DNA of 42,857 nucleotides from Neovahlkampfia damariscottae (GCA_016618085.1 JABLTG010000165.1:1-42857); one strand, 5' to 3'; counted from the first letter of the stretch, positions 1 through 11,181 are shown. The notes: generated from the letters alone by a model not told the origin. Made by a program: numbers and translations.

Positions 1-343
1 TTTCTTGAACTTTTAATGAAAATTTATAAAAAAATATTTCATAAAACTCAGTTGACTTTTGATTTTTAGAAACAATTCCGAGTATATCAATATAAATAGG
101 CAAATATTTGTCTTTTAATTGATCCAATAATTTATTTACACGAGTAGTTTTACCACTTTGACTTGGAGCAACAAGTAAAGGATAATGACCAATTTTTAGT
201 TGAGGAATTAAATTTTTTTCATTCCATTCAGAAGGATCAATATAAAAATGATAACGTGGATCTACCAAACCATTTGGACAAAAACATCGTTTAACTGATC
301 CTGTAATTTTTTCTTGAACCTTAACAAGTTTTCTTTGATCCAT
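1..343 (-). CDS. P-loop NTPase (AAA_35/STAND-like), N-terminal part; runs off the window
   Basis: Manual translation from ATG at 343, open to the window edge: MDQRKLVKVQEKITGSVKRCFCPNGLVDPRYHFYIDPSEWNEKNLIPQLKIGHYPLLVAPSQSGKTTRVNKLLDQLKDKYLPIYID... Walker A (APSQSGKT) follows a hydrophobic strand. CCAAT lies just upstream (361-366). Absent from the ORF track. Confidence 0.75.
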   Translation of the reverse strand, partial: MDQRKLVKVQEKITGSVKRCFCPNGLVDPRYHFYIDPSEWNEKNLIPQLKIGHYPLLVAPSQSGKTTRVNKLLDQLKDKYLPIYIDILGIVSKNQKSTEFYEIFFYKFSLKVQE

Positions 344-679
344 TTAAACAGAATCTTTATGATTGGCTTGTTTAATTGAAACAAAATAATAAATTATTGG
401 TTAAAACTCCGTTTTGTTTTCAAACACAAGAAACATTGAAAAAATTTACTTCATGCTTTTGGAAAAAATTGAGATAAAATTTCGTCGTTGAGAAGTTATG
501 GAATGATTTTTTTCTTTTCAACAATAAATAAACCTTCGAATCTCCAAACCATTTAACGTACATCATTGGTCGAATTATGGAGAATTTTATTGGATGTAAA
601 ATTTTTTTCTTTTAATGAAACACTAAATTTTGACTTGAGGAGAAATGGGAAGAAAAAATCTAGGTATTGGAGAATTTCA

Positions 680-913
680 AAAACGGAAAATCACTTTTTT
701 TTGATGAAAAAAATCAAGATGGTCATGTGGAGACGAAAACCGATGTTCTCAGCTCACCAGAACGAAAAAACCTTTATATGTCAATTCGGAATTCAAAATT
801 TGAAAAACGGGAAACTGACTTTTTTTTGATGAAAAATTTCAAGATGGTCCAGTGGAGAGGAAATTTGCTGTTCTCAGCTCACCAGAATCAAAAAACCTTT
901 ATATGTCAATTCG
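680..913. repeat. Two diverged tandem copies of a ~125-bp non-coding unit
   Basis: Shared blocks gttctcagctcaccagaa (starts 745 and 870), aaaaaacctttatatgtcaattcgg, tttttttgatgaaaaa and tcaagatggtc; period 125 nt. Confidence 0.9.
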
Positions 914-1054
914 GGCAAGACCCCACTTACTTGATTTAAAATACTAGCATGAATTAATTATCCCTGATTAAAGGAATTGTTGATGATACTCTTGATGTTT
1001 AAAAAATGTGTGAAAAATAGTCCAATCAAACAACAACCAAAAAAAAACAAATAA

Positions 1055-1760
1055 ATGGGAATTCGTGAAAGTAAAAGTTTAAAGGTTGAAGAAATCGAAG
1101 AAGTGAAAGAAGGAACATGTTTCACCACTGAAGAAATCAGAAAATTATATTACAGGTACAAAACGACATATATTAATTTTTTCAGATTTTCTCGTTTGGA
1201 CAAAGAAGGATGTGGTTACATTACAAAAAAAGAATTTGAAATGATTCCTGAATTAGCTGTAAATCCTTTAGCATCTAGGATATTGAATTTGTTTGATCCT
1301 AAACAAAATGGACTTGTAAACTTCAAAGATTTCATAAAAGTATTGAACATGTAACAAAATAAGATTCTAATATTATAATAGGTTTCATAAAGGTAATTTT
1401 TTAATTATTTTTCCTTATTTTTCGTAAATTTCAGACAACAAAGAAAAATCAAAACGTAATATTTTATTTTTAATATAAAAATAAACAAGAGGCATTTCTT
1501 CTTTATGATATTGATCAAGATGGATTTATTAGTCAAGATGATTTATTTCAAATTTTAAAGATGGTTCCCTTTTTTTTTTTTTTTTTTTTAATTCTTCTTT
1601 TTAGATGGTCGGTAATAATTTAGATGAAAAAGAATTAAATGAAATTGTAACGGATGTAATAAAACAAGCTGATGAAAATCAAGATGGAAAGATTAGTCCA
1701 CAAGAATTTGACAATACATTTTCAACCTTTGATGAAATTAAAATTGATTTTGAAATTTAA
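1055..1760 (+). CDS. CNB1: Calcineurin regulatory subunit B (EF-hand protein), 6 exons
   Basis: Exons 1055-1155, 1186-1350, 1382-1392, 1435-1455, 1490-1563, 1605-1760 join in frame. Protein has Gly2, IPELAVNPLASRI, AFLLYDIDQDGFIS, LKMMVGNNL and ADENQDGKIS, typical of calcineurin B. Confidence 0.92.
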
Positions 1761-1764
1761 AAAT

Positions 1765-3885
1765 TTATTTTTTTTTTTTTGATTTTTTTTCATTCTTTGA
1801 TGGAGTTTCAAAACTTTTTAATTTTAAAAATTCATCAGCAAATGCAACAGATTTATCTGTTTTACCTAAATATTCAAAAATATAATCTTCAATGTCTTGT
1901 TTCTTTTGTAAAGAAAGAAGGTAATACATTAAAGTTAAATCAGATTTTTTACCAAGAATTGTCATTTGTTTTTTATACCATTCTTTAAAAGAATTAGATG
2001 GTTCTAATCCACCAAATGCATTATTTGTTTTTTGACTTGTAAATGCATTAGTTTCTTCTTTTTTTTCTTCTTCTTCTTCTTCATCTTCATCATCATCCCA
2101 AAATGAATTTGAACTTGACTGTTGTTGTTGTTGTTGTTGTTGTTGGTTTGAATTCTTTTTTTTTTGTTGTGTTGGTTGTTGAGTTAACTTTGTATTTGTA
2201 TTCCAAGCATTTGTTGCATTAACATTTTTTTTTAAATTTGAATTAGTATTTGTTGTTGATACTTTTTTCTTTTTTTCTTCCGCTTGAATTTTCGAAAAAG
2301 AAGATGGTTTATCTTGAATTAATGCACCAGAACTCCAAGCACCACTTGGAATTGGTTGTACTTTTGGTTGAGAAATTAAACTTGATGTTTCTTTTAACTT
2401 TTTTGAATCCTTTTTTTGAAGTTCTTGAAAAGGTACAACATTTGAAGAAAGAATATTTGATGACCATGCATTGGTTTGATTTGAGTTTTGAACTTTTGGT
2501 TTTTTTGATGTCATCATCAATTCTTTTTTCTTTTCTTTTTTTTGTTCTTTTTGAATTTCAGATAAACTTTTAACTTGAATTGGATTGGTTGACCAAGAAG
2601 CAGACAATTGTTCTTCTTTTCTTTTTTCATCAAGCATTTTCTTTTCTTTTTTTTGTTCTTTTCTTTGTTCTTTTTGAATTTCATTTAAAGTCTTTGGTTT
2701 GGTTGTTGTTGGATTTTCATTCCAACCTGAACCAACTAATCCTAAATCAAATCCAACATTAGTTTGTGATGGTGTCATCATTGATCCAAATGAATTTAAA
2801 TTGGTTTCATTTGATACTGTCTTTTTTTGTAAATTTTTACGATGTTCTTCTAAATGAATTTTTCTTTCATCATCAAATTGTTTTTTTCTTTTTTCTGATT
2901 CTGATAAAGTATGCTTTTCATTTTTTTGTTTCGGTTGTTGTTGTTGTTGTTGTGAAATATTTAAAGCTAATTTTAAGTTCTTTTCAATATCACTAGCAGA
3001 AATCATATTTGGAGCATTTTCTATTCCACTAACACCACCACTTGAATTCCATGGATCATTGGATCCAAATTGTAAAGGAATATCTGAAAAGAAATTTGAA
3101 CTATCATCCATTTGATGTTGAAGGTGTTGTGTACCAATTTGAATATTTGATTCTTTTTCATTAACTACTTCTTGTTTGACTTGTTTTTGTTGTTCTTCTT
3201 CTTCTTCTTCATCTGATGAATCTACCATACCTTTTTTTAACTTTCCATTTTTTTCAAGTTCTTGAATAACGTCTTTAAGTTTGATATAAGAATTATCTCC
3301 TTCTTGTTTGATTTCCATTTCTTCATCATGAAATCCACTTTCTACCCATTCAATCAATTTTGATAAGATAAAAGGTCCTACATGAATTTCTCCAGTTTTA
3401 TCTTTTTTTTTTTCAATATTTAGTATTCTTTCTTTTGTTTTTACCTTTATATTGCCATAAAGAATCAATTTCAATTGAAGAAAGAACTTTTTCTTTTTGT
3501 GTTTTTCTTTCAACTGATGAACGTGGATTTTCACTTTTTCCACTTCTTCCACCTCTTTTTGAACTTGAAGTTAATCCTTGTGGTCCACTTCCTCTTCCTG
3601 TACCACTTGTAGTTTTTCCTCCTCTAGCTCCACCTCTTCCAAAACCAAATGATATTGGATTAATTTTCTTTCAAAATTAAGAAAAATTAATAAATTTACT
3701 GTTGTTGTTGTAATTTTATGAGTATTGGATTTATTCACTGGTTCAACACCTTTTGGAATAGTAATTCCTTCAAAGGCTGTATAGTTTTCAGGAATAACAT
3801 CATCATTATTAACAAATAATTCTAAAAGACTTTCTTTTGTATAAATGAATTTTTCTTCATTTTCTAATTTCCAACGATTTGACAT
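1765..3885 (-). CDS. GYF-domain protein, GIGYF/SMY2-like, 3 exons
   Basis: Introns 3668-3699 and 3402-3444 join the track ORFs. Spliced WQYKDKTGEIHVGPFILSKLIEWVESGFH is a GYF domain. N-terminal FIYTKESLLEL resembles the GIGYF 4EHP-binding motif. Also an RGG-rich segment, repeated SLxEIQxE motifs and a GIGYF-like C-terminal helical domain. Confidence 0.8.
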
Positions 3886-3955
3886 TGTTTGATTGGCGAA
3901 AAAAAAAAAAATCTTTTCTTTTTTGAAATAGAAAGTACAAAAAAATAATAAATTT

Positions 3956-4581
3956 TTATGAAATTATTTTAAAGAAATTACAATATTCACATTTTATAAC
4001 TAAAAATTCTTGTCCAAATTTATTTTCAATTTCAAATTTTGGATCTGATTTACATTGATTTGAAATAGAATGTTCATAAAAATAATCCATCATATTTTGT
4101 TGAATAAATTCCAATGGTATTCTTTCAAATGTTATATTTAATTTTAAACCACATTTACAAATAATTAAATGATTACTTTTTAATAATTTATTTTTTCTAC
4201 AAGAAGGACAAATGACAAACCTATTCAACAAATATTCAAAACAAAAAATATTTACTTATTTTTTTCAAAAAACATATTATCAACATAATGTTCAAGATAT
4301 TCTTGTTCAAATTTTATATTTTTTTCATATTCTTTTAAAATTAATTCTTGTTCAATTTTTAATTCTTTTTCAATTTGATATATTTCATCCATGGTTAATA
4401 TTATATTTTCATCATTAAATTCATTCATAATTATATCTTTGTATTCTATTTCTTCTTTTATTTCTCTACGTAACTCTTTTTGTTTTTCTTCTCTTTTATT
4501 TTGTAATTTTTTAAGACATTTTAATTTAATTTTTTGTCTCAAATCAATTGAAACATCTTTAAAATTCTTTCGATGTTCCAT
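3956..4581 (-). CDS. RPAIN: RPA-interacting protein (RPAIN/RIP), 2 exons
   Basis: Intron 4221-4255. Basic N-terminus (RQKIKLKCLKKL), acidic middle and C-terminal zinc ribbons VICPSC..CKCGL..H..C..PKF..CEYC. Confidence 0.75.
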
Positions 4582-4624
4582 TCACTGAAGAGTTTGTTGA
4601 TGATTGGATAAAAATCAAAATATT

Positions 4625-5283
4625 TTATTTCTTTTTTTTATTTTCAAAATTTGATTTTTTTGAATCAACAGAATTATTTGTGTTATTTGAAGGTTGAAAC
4701 GGTTGTGAATAATGATATTGAAGTGAAAGATTATTTTTCTCGTTTTGTAGTTGTTGTTGTTGATAAAATTGTTGATAAAATTGTTGTTGTAGTTGTGCTT
4801 GGTATTCAGGTGAATAAAAAATTTGTTGTTGATTCAGATATGGATTATAATTTGAATATAATTGTTGACCGTTTTGATAATGAGGTAAGTTATTATTTGG
4901 TGGATAAAAAATATATTGATGAGGAAGTACTTGAGGTTGTTGATGATGTTTTTGATTCTTTTTTGAACCACCTCTAAATGCAGAACCAACATTCATCTTT
5001 AAGAATTTTTAATTTTTTTTTTTATTTCTCTTCTTACGTTCTTTCCAAATAATTGAACATAACCTAAATTTTTAACTTTTTCATAAACTTCTTTTTCTTT
5101 AAATTCAACAAAACCAAATCCTTTTGATTGATTATTATTAAATTTATCTGTAACAATTTTAACTTCCACTACTTCACCAAATTTTGAAAATACTTTTGAT
5201 AAATCTTCTTCTGTTGCTTTCCAACTTATACCACCAACAAATAAAGTATTTTCTTTTGGTTGTTGTTTTTCAATTTCTTCCAT
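4625..5283 (-). CDS. RRM RNA-binding protein with Q/N/Y-rich low-complexity tail, 2 exons
   Basis: RNP2 LFVGGI and RNP1 KGFGFVEF. Intron 4997-5037 completes the RRM (GKN|MNVGSA). ATG at 5283. Confidence 0.88.
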
Positions 5284-5397
5284 TTTATTTTTTTTTTTCA
5301 AACTAAAGTATGTATGTGGTGTTGTTGTTGAGTCTAAAAAAAATAGAGAGAAAATTAAACCAATCAAAATTTAGAAAAGATTCGAAATAAAATTTAT

Positions 5398-8300
5398 TTA
5401 ATCAGATTCATCATCAGAATCAACAGTACTTGGTTTTTTTGAATATCTTTTTTTATCTCTTAACATTTCATTTCTAAGTCTTGAAATTTCTTCTTCTAAA
5501 TCAGTTGCTTTTGTTTTATAATTTTCAACGTCTCTTAAGAGTATTTTATTTTTTGCTTCAGTTTGAGCTAATTCTCTTCCTTCAGATTGTAAAGAATCTC
5601 TAATTTTTGAAATTTCTCTAGTTAATTGATTTTCTTTATCTTCATAATTTGATTTATCTCTTGATACTTGATCTAATCTTCTTTCCATATCTCTTAATTC
5701 TTTTTCTGAACGTTTTGTTGATTTTCCAATTGATTTTTTTCCTTTCTTTTCTCTTTCTAAAGATTTTTCTAAATCATCTAATTGTTCTTCATAATCTCTT
5801 TTCATTTTTTGTAAATTATCATGATGATTTGATTTAAATTCAACTAAAGATTTCTTTAAATCTTCTGCTTCTCTTCTCATTTTAATTAAAGAAGATTCAG
5901 CTGCTTGTCTTGCTGCTCTTTCTCTTTGAATATCATTTTTTAATTCAACTTGATAACCTTCTTGTTCATTTCTTAATTGTTCTAATTCAACTTCTAAATC
6001 ATCAGTTTCATCAGCTAATTCTCTTAATTCTTCAATTTCTAATTGAACATTTTTTTTTTGTAATGTAATTTTTTTTCTCATTCTTTCTTCTTGATCAAAT
6101 TGATCTTTTAAAGTATTAACTTGAATTTCTAAAGTTCTTTGAGTAGTTTCAATTGATATTTTTTCTCTTCTTTCATCTTCAATATCTCTTCTTAATTTAT
6201 CAACTTGTGATTGTAATTCATTGGTTGTTGAAATTAATTCTTCTTTTGTAATTTTTCCTTCACCTGAATCAAATTTTTTTGATAAACTTTTGATTTCTTT
6301 TCTCATATTTTCTCTTTCTTCATTTAAAGAATTAACTCTTTTTTCATGTTCAGATTCTTCTTGTTCAATTTTTGATCTTAAATTTGAAATTGAATCTTCA
6401 CCTTTTTTTTCAGATTGTTCATTTAAATCTTTTTGAATATTCAATTCATTTTTAAATTTATTATTTTCTGATTCTAATTTATTTTTAATTTTTAATTTTT
6501 CTTCTTTTTGTTTTTCAGTTTGATATAATTTATCTTTTAATTCTTTATCATGTTGTTCATTATCTTGAATTTTATTTTCAAAATCATCAACTTCATCTTG
6601 TAATGATCTAACTTGTGATTGTAATGACATTTCTTCACCTCTTAATTTATTAATTTCATTTAATAATTCATCTTTTTGTTTTAATAAATCTGTTAATTTT
6701 TGATCTAAACTTGTATATTTTAAATTTAATGAATTTAAATTTTCAGTTTCTGATTCTAATAAATTTGTTTTATCTCTTAATTCAAATTCAATTCCTGATT
6801 TTTCTTCAAATTCTTTTTTACATAATTCAATTTCTTCATTAATTTGTTTTTTAATTCTTTCAATTGAATCTTCTAATTTTGATAATTTTCTTAATAAACC
6901 AGTTTTATCTAATTTTAAAGTTTCTAATGATGCATTTAATTCAGCTAAACGTCCTTCTTGTAATTTTGATGAATCTTTTAAATTTGATATTTCAGAATTT
7001 GTATCATCAAATCTTTGTTTTAAAGTTGATAATTCAAAATCTTGTTGATCATTTTTACCATTTAATGCAACTAATTCATTTTTTAATTCATTTAAATCTA
7101 AATTATTTTGTGTTTGTTTTTTTAAATTTTCATTTTTATCTTGTGATAAATCTTCTTTTTCTTTTTCTGTTAAATCAATTTTATTTTTTTGATCATCAAC
7201 TGAATTTTGTAATTCTCTTCTTTTTGAATCTAATTTTTGATTTTCATCAATAACATTTTTTAATTCAGTTTCTAATTCAGTTAATTTTGATGTTAAATCT
7301 TTTTTATTTCCTTCTAATTCAGATTGTTGTTGTTTTTCTTTTAAAATATCACCTTGTTCTGATGTTAACGATGATTCAATTCTTTTAAATTGAACTTCTA
7401 AATGATCTTTTTCTTGTGAAATTGAATCAAATTCTTTTTTTAAATCTTTTAATTCTTTTTGTTGATCTTTTAATTTTCTATCTAATGCATTTCTAGCTAA
7501 TGTAACTTGATTAATTTGTTCAGATATTTCTCTATCAATTTCTGCAATCTTTTTATTCATATTTTCAATTTCACGTTGACTTTTATCTTTTGCATCTTGT
7601 AATTCAAATTTTAAATCACCATGTTGTTTATCTAAATCACTTCTTAATTTTGTTAATTTTGATTTTTCATCTTCTGCAAGTAATAATTTATTTCTTAAAT
7701 CTGATAATTCTAAATTTTCATTTTTTAAAACTTCTTCTGTTTTATCAACTTCAGATTGTAATTTTTCAATTTTTGATTGATATTCATCAATATCATCTTT
7801 TGTATCTCTTAAATTCTTTTCAACTGTTGATTTTTTTCTATCAGTTTCTAAATATTCTTGTGTTAAATCCTTATTAGTTCCTTGTAATTGTTTAATTAAT
7901 CTTAATAATTCATCTAATTTCTTTCTTGCATCTGAAATTTCATTTTCAACATTAGTTAATAAACTTTCTTTTGATGCATTTCCAGTTGATAAATTTGAAA
8001 TATCTGATTTTGCTTTTTTTAATTTCTTTTCTAATTCTTTTAAATCTTTTTCTGATTCTTCTCTTTTTCTTTCTAATTGTGTTTTTTCACCATCAATTAC
8101 ATCAATTCTATAACCCATTTCTCTTAATCTATCATCTAAATTATTTCTTTCTCTTTCAAATTCTGTTGCTTTGGTTGAAACTTCTGAATATTTATTTCTA
8201 ACATCATTTAAATCTTCACCTAATCTTTTTACTTGACCTTCTAATTTAATTTTTTGATTTGTTGTTTCTCTAATTTGATTTTGAAATACAGTTTGTGCAT

Positions 8301-11181
8301 TTGAACCTTCTCTTAATTGTGTATTTAAAGAATCAATTTCTTTTTCTTTTGATCTAACTTCATCTTCTTTAATTCTAATTGCTCTTAATAATTTCTCTTT
8401 ATTTGATAACATTAATTGTTTATCTCTTGAATAATTATCAATTGTCATTTCTAATTCTCTATGTTTATTTCTAACTGAATCTTCTTCTGTTTTAATTTCA
8501 TTTTGTTTATCATTTTGTGAATCAATATCAGCTTGTAATTTCATTACTTCATTTAATAATTGTAATTTTTCATTTTCAATTGCACCTTTTGCTTCTAATT
8601 CATCTTTAATAGCTTTTTCTAAATCTGAAATTTGTTTTCTTAATTTTTGTCTTTCTTTTTCTTGTAACCAAACTTCAACTTGTGGTCTTGATCTTGTAAA
8701 TAATTCCCACCATGCCCATGATTTTAATTTTAAGAAAGCTCTCCAATTATCTTGAATTAAACGTACACCTGCAACTTGTTCTTTTAATTTTTCATAATTA
8801 AGTCTTCCAAGATGTCCTCTTGCAGCACCTTGAATTGTAATAATAATTTTATCAACAAATACATTTCTTAATGCTTCTAATTTTGCTTCAATTCCAGATT
8901 TTAAAAATACTTTTGTTGTTCCAACCATATATTCTTTCTTTTCTTTTAATTGTGCTTTTTGAATAATAATTTGTGCTTTTGCTTTTAAAGTTGATTGTGA
9001 TTTAATTTCAGATTCTGATGCTAATAATGAATATCTTTGAATAAATTCTGGGAATAATATTCTACCAGGATAACCTTTTCTTGAAATTCTAATACCTTCT
9101 AAAACACCATTACATTGTAATTGATGTAAAATTAAAGGTGCATCTAAAATACCAGGTTTTTGAATATGATTTGGAATAATACAACGAATAAAATGTGGAT
9201 TAGTTGATCTTAATTTTTCTAATAATGATTCTAATTGTGATTTATATTCTTTTGAAACTGTATTAAAATTTGCACCTCCTTTCTTTTTTGATGGATTTCC
9301 AACATCTTTAAATAAATATGAAACATATTTTGATTTTGATGTAAACATTGCTTTTGCACAATCTTCATTCATTGGATCAACATTTTTAATTAACCATTGA
9401 TCAACGTTATATGGTACTTCACCTGCATAATGAACAATATTAAAGATTTTTTGATCAAATTTATCTAATTTAAAGTTTCCTTTTTTACCATGTTTTTTAT
9501 TAAATTGTTCTCTTAATTTTGAATCATCAGTAGCTTTTGCATAAACAGCATCATCTAAAATAGATAAAATACCACCTGGTTTTTCAATTAAATCAATGGT
9601 TGGTTGTAAATCTAAACCAAAATCAATAAAATCCCATTCAATTTTTTCTCTTGCATATTCTTCTTGTTCTTTAACAAACATATGATGATTAAAAAATTGT
9701 TGTAATTTTTCATTTGTAAAATTAATACATAATTGTTCAAATGAATTATGTGTAAAAATTTCAAAACCAGCAATATCTAAAACACCAATCCAACTTTTAA
9801 CTTTTTCTTTTGATTGTAATGATTCATTAACTCTTGTAACAATCCAATTAAATAATCTTTGATAAATTGATTTGACTAAAGCATTTCTATTAAAATTAGC
9901 TCTTGCGGTTGTTTCATGTTTTTCAACAATTTCATTACCAACTTTTAAGTTTGGTTTAATGATCGCTTTTTCTAATGAACTTCCTTTGGTTTTAAATAAT
10001 TTAGCTGCATTTTTCATTGGTTCTTTATCTTCAATTTGAGCTAAACCTTTTTCATCATCTGAAAATACAACATTTCCTAAATGTAAAATACCAGCAATAA
10101 CTTCTAAAACAAATTCTCTTTCATTTGAATTCATACCAATAACTTCCATTGATTTCATTGTGTCTTGAAATTCTTTATTATCATCAACACCTTCAATTCT
10201 TGTACATCCAGAATGATTTAAATATGTATAATCATCTGGGCTTGTCAAGTTTAATTTCGCTTTTGTTTGTGAATCAGATAAAATTTGATAAAAAATATGG
10301 AAATTTCTTTCAGTATCGTTTTGATGAATAACTCTTGTAGTTTCTAACAAATAATTTTGAACTGTTGTACCAACAATATAACCAGAAGCATTGAAATTAA
10401 TTTCAATAAATTTACCAAATCTTGATGAATTGTTATTTTTAACTGTTCTAGCATTTCCAAAAGCTTCTAACAATGGATTAGTTCTTAATAATCTTTTTTC
10501 TAATTCTCCACCACCACCTGATGCACCAGCAACTTGTGTTAAATATTGAATAATCTTTTTTGTGTTTTCTGTTTTACCAGCACCAGATTCTCCTGTAACT
10601 AACATGGATTGATTTTGTCTATCATGTAACATTCCACGATAAGCTTGATCAGATATTGTGAAAACGTGTGGTGGAACGTCTTCTCTATTTCTACCTTGAT
10701 GTCTTTTAACAACTTCTTCAGTATAAATTGGTAATTGTTTGTAAGGATTAATAGCAACTAAAAATAATCCAGAGTATGTGTAAATATTATCTTTGGAATA
10801 TCTAAATCTTAAGTTGTGAAGTACAGCTGCTTCGTTTAAATGTGTTAATCTTGCCATATCTTCTGATCCTTCTAAATGAGGTGGATTGACAGGAAACATT
10901 TCTTTTTGTTTTACATTTAAAAGTTGTCCAGTTGTTGTGACAACTTCGTACATGTCACCGTCTTGTTTTTTAATTTCTCCAATTACAAATCCTTCTTCTT
11001 CTTCTGCAACCCATACAAATGATCCTCCTTGAGTTTTCCATTCACTATCTCCTTGTTGTGCATTGACAAGTTTTTGAAAAAGCATAGCTCCACCGACTTC
11101 AACTGGAGTTACATCGCCTGGTGTGCCATCTACATCTTTTTCTTCTTTTTTTCTTCTATCTCTACGAGGTCTTTCAGTCAT
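5398..11181 (-). CDS. Myosin II heavy chain (1927 aa, intronless)
   Basis: N-terminal SH3-like region, [51 protein letters not shown] region, WxWWxLF..RP neck and a ~1100-aa coiled-coil tail; all class II features. Confidence 0.96.
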   Translation of the reverse strand: MTERPRRDRRKKEEKDVDGTPGDVTPVEVGGAMLFQKLVNAQQGDSEWKTQGGSFVWVAEEEEGFVIGEIKKQDGDMYEVVTTTGQLLNVKQKEMFPVNPPHLEGSEDMARLTHLNEAAVLHNLRFRYSKDNIYTYSGLFLVAINPYKQLPIYTEEVVKRHQGRNREDVPPHVFTISDQAYRGMLHDRQNQSMLVTGESGAGKTENTKKIIQYLTQVAGASGGGGELEKRLLRTNPLLEAFGNARTVKNNNSSRFGKFIEINFNASGYIVGTTVQNYLLETTRVIHQNDTERNFHIFYQILSDSQTKAKLNLTSPDDYTYLNHSGCTRIEGVDDNKEFQDTMKSMEVIGMNSNEREFVLEVIAGILHLGNVVFSDDEKGLAQIEDKEPMKNAAKLFKTKGSSLEKAIIKPNLKVGNEIVEKHETTARANFNRNALVKSIYQRLFNWIVTRVNESLQSKEKVKSWIGVLDIAGFEIFTHNSFEQLCINFTNEKLQQFFNHHMFVKEQEEYAREKIEWDFIDFGLDLQPTIDLIEKPGGILSILDDAVYAKATDDSKLREQFNKKHGKKGNFKLDKFDQKIFNIVHYAGEVPYNVDQWLIKNVDPMNEDCAKAMFTSKSKYVSYLFKDVGNPSKKKGGANFNTVSKEYKSQLESLLEKLRSTNPHFIRCIIPNHIQKPGILDAPLILHQLQCNGVLEGIRISRKGYPGRILFPEFIQRYSLLASESEIKSQSTLKAKAQIIIQKAQLKEKKEYMVGTTKVFLKSGIEAKLEALRNVFVDKIIITIQGAARGHLGRLNYEKLKEQVAGVRLIQDNWRAFLKLKSWAWWELFTRSRPQVEVWLQEKERQKLRKQISDLEKAIKDELEAKGAIENEKLQLLNEVMKLQADIDSQNDKQNEIKTEEDSVRNKHRELEMTIDNYSRDKQLMLSNKEKLLRAIRIKEDEVRSKEKEIDSLNTQLREGSNAQTVFQNQIRETTNQKIKLEGQVKRLGEDLNDVRNKYSEVSTKATEFERERNNLDDRLREMGYRIDVIDGEKTQLERKREESEKDLKELEKKLKKAKSDISNLSTGNASKESLLTNVENEISDARKKLDELLRLIKQLQGTNKDLTQEYLETDRKKSTVEKNLRDTKDDIDEYQSKIEKLQSEVDKTEEVLKNENLELSDLRNKLLLAEDEKSKLTKLRSDLDKQHGDLKFELQDAKDKSQREIENMNKKIAEIDREISEQINQVTLARNALDRKLKDQQKELKDLKKEFDSISQEKDHLEVQFKRIESSLTSEQGDILKEKQQQSELEGNKKDLTSKLTELETELKNVIDENQKLDSKRRELQNSVDDQKNKIDLTEKEKEDLSQDKNENLKKQTQNNLDLNELKNELVALNGKNDQQDFELSTLKQRFDDTNSEISNLKDSSKLQEGRLAELNASLETLKLDKTGLLRKLSKLEDSIERIKKQINEEIELCKKEFEEKSGIEFELRDKTNLLESETENLNSLNLKYTSLDQKLTDLLKQKDELLNEINKLRGEEMSLQSQVRSLQDEVDDFENKIQDNEQHDKELKDKLYQTEKQKEEKLKIKNKLESENNKFKNELNIQKDLNEQSEKKGEDSISNLRSKIEQEESEHEKRVNSLNEERENMRKEIKSLSKKFDSGEGKITKEELISTTNELQSQVDKLRRDIEDERREKISIETTQRTLEIQVNTLKDQFDQEERMRKKITLQKKNVQLEIEELRELADETDDLEVELEQLRNEQEGYQVELKNDIQRERAARQAAESSLIKMRREAEDLKKSLVEFKSNHHDNLQKMKRDYEEQLDDLEKSLEREKKGKKSIGKSTKRSEKELRDMERRLDQVSRDKSNYEDKENQLTREISKIRDSLQSEGRELAQTEAKNKILLRDVENYKTKATDLEEEISRLRNEMLRDKKRYSKKPSTVDSDDESD

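Noticed and set aside
680..913. CRISPR-like repeat-spacer array
   Set aside because: Only two units, the whole unit is homologous, the context is eukaryotic and there are no cas genes.
566..939. Track ORFs 566..829 and 667..939
   Set aside because: TTG starts, overlapping frames across the 125-bp repeat and no protein motif.
910..950. Helitron 3' end (hairpin plus CTAG)
   Set aside because: The stem is only 3 bp, the spacing is too long and CTAG is followed by C rather than T.
1564..1604. U12-type intron (donor GTTCCCTTT)
   Set aside because: It does not match GTATCCTT, has no convincing CCTTAAC branch site, and donors are loose throughout the window.
1779..10331. Plus-strand F/L/I-rich ORFs opposite the GYF, RPAIN, RRM and myosin II genes
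   Set aside because: Antisense shadows of K/E/Q-rich AT-biased coding sequence.
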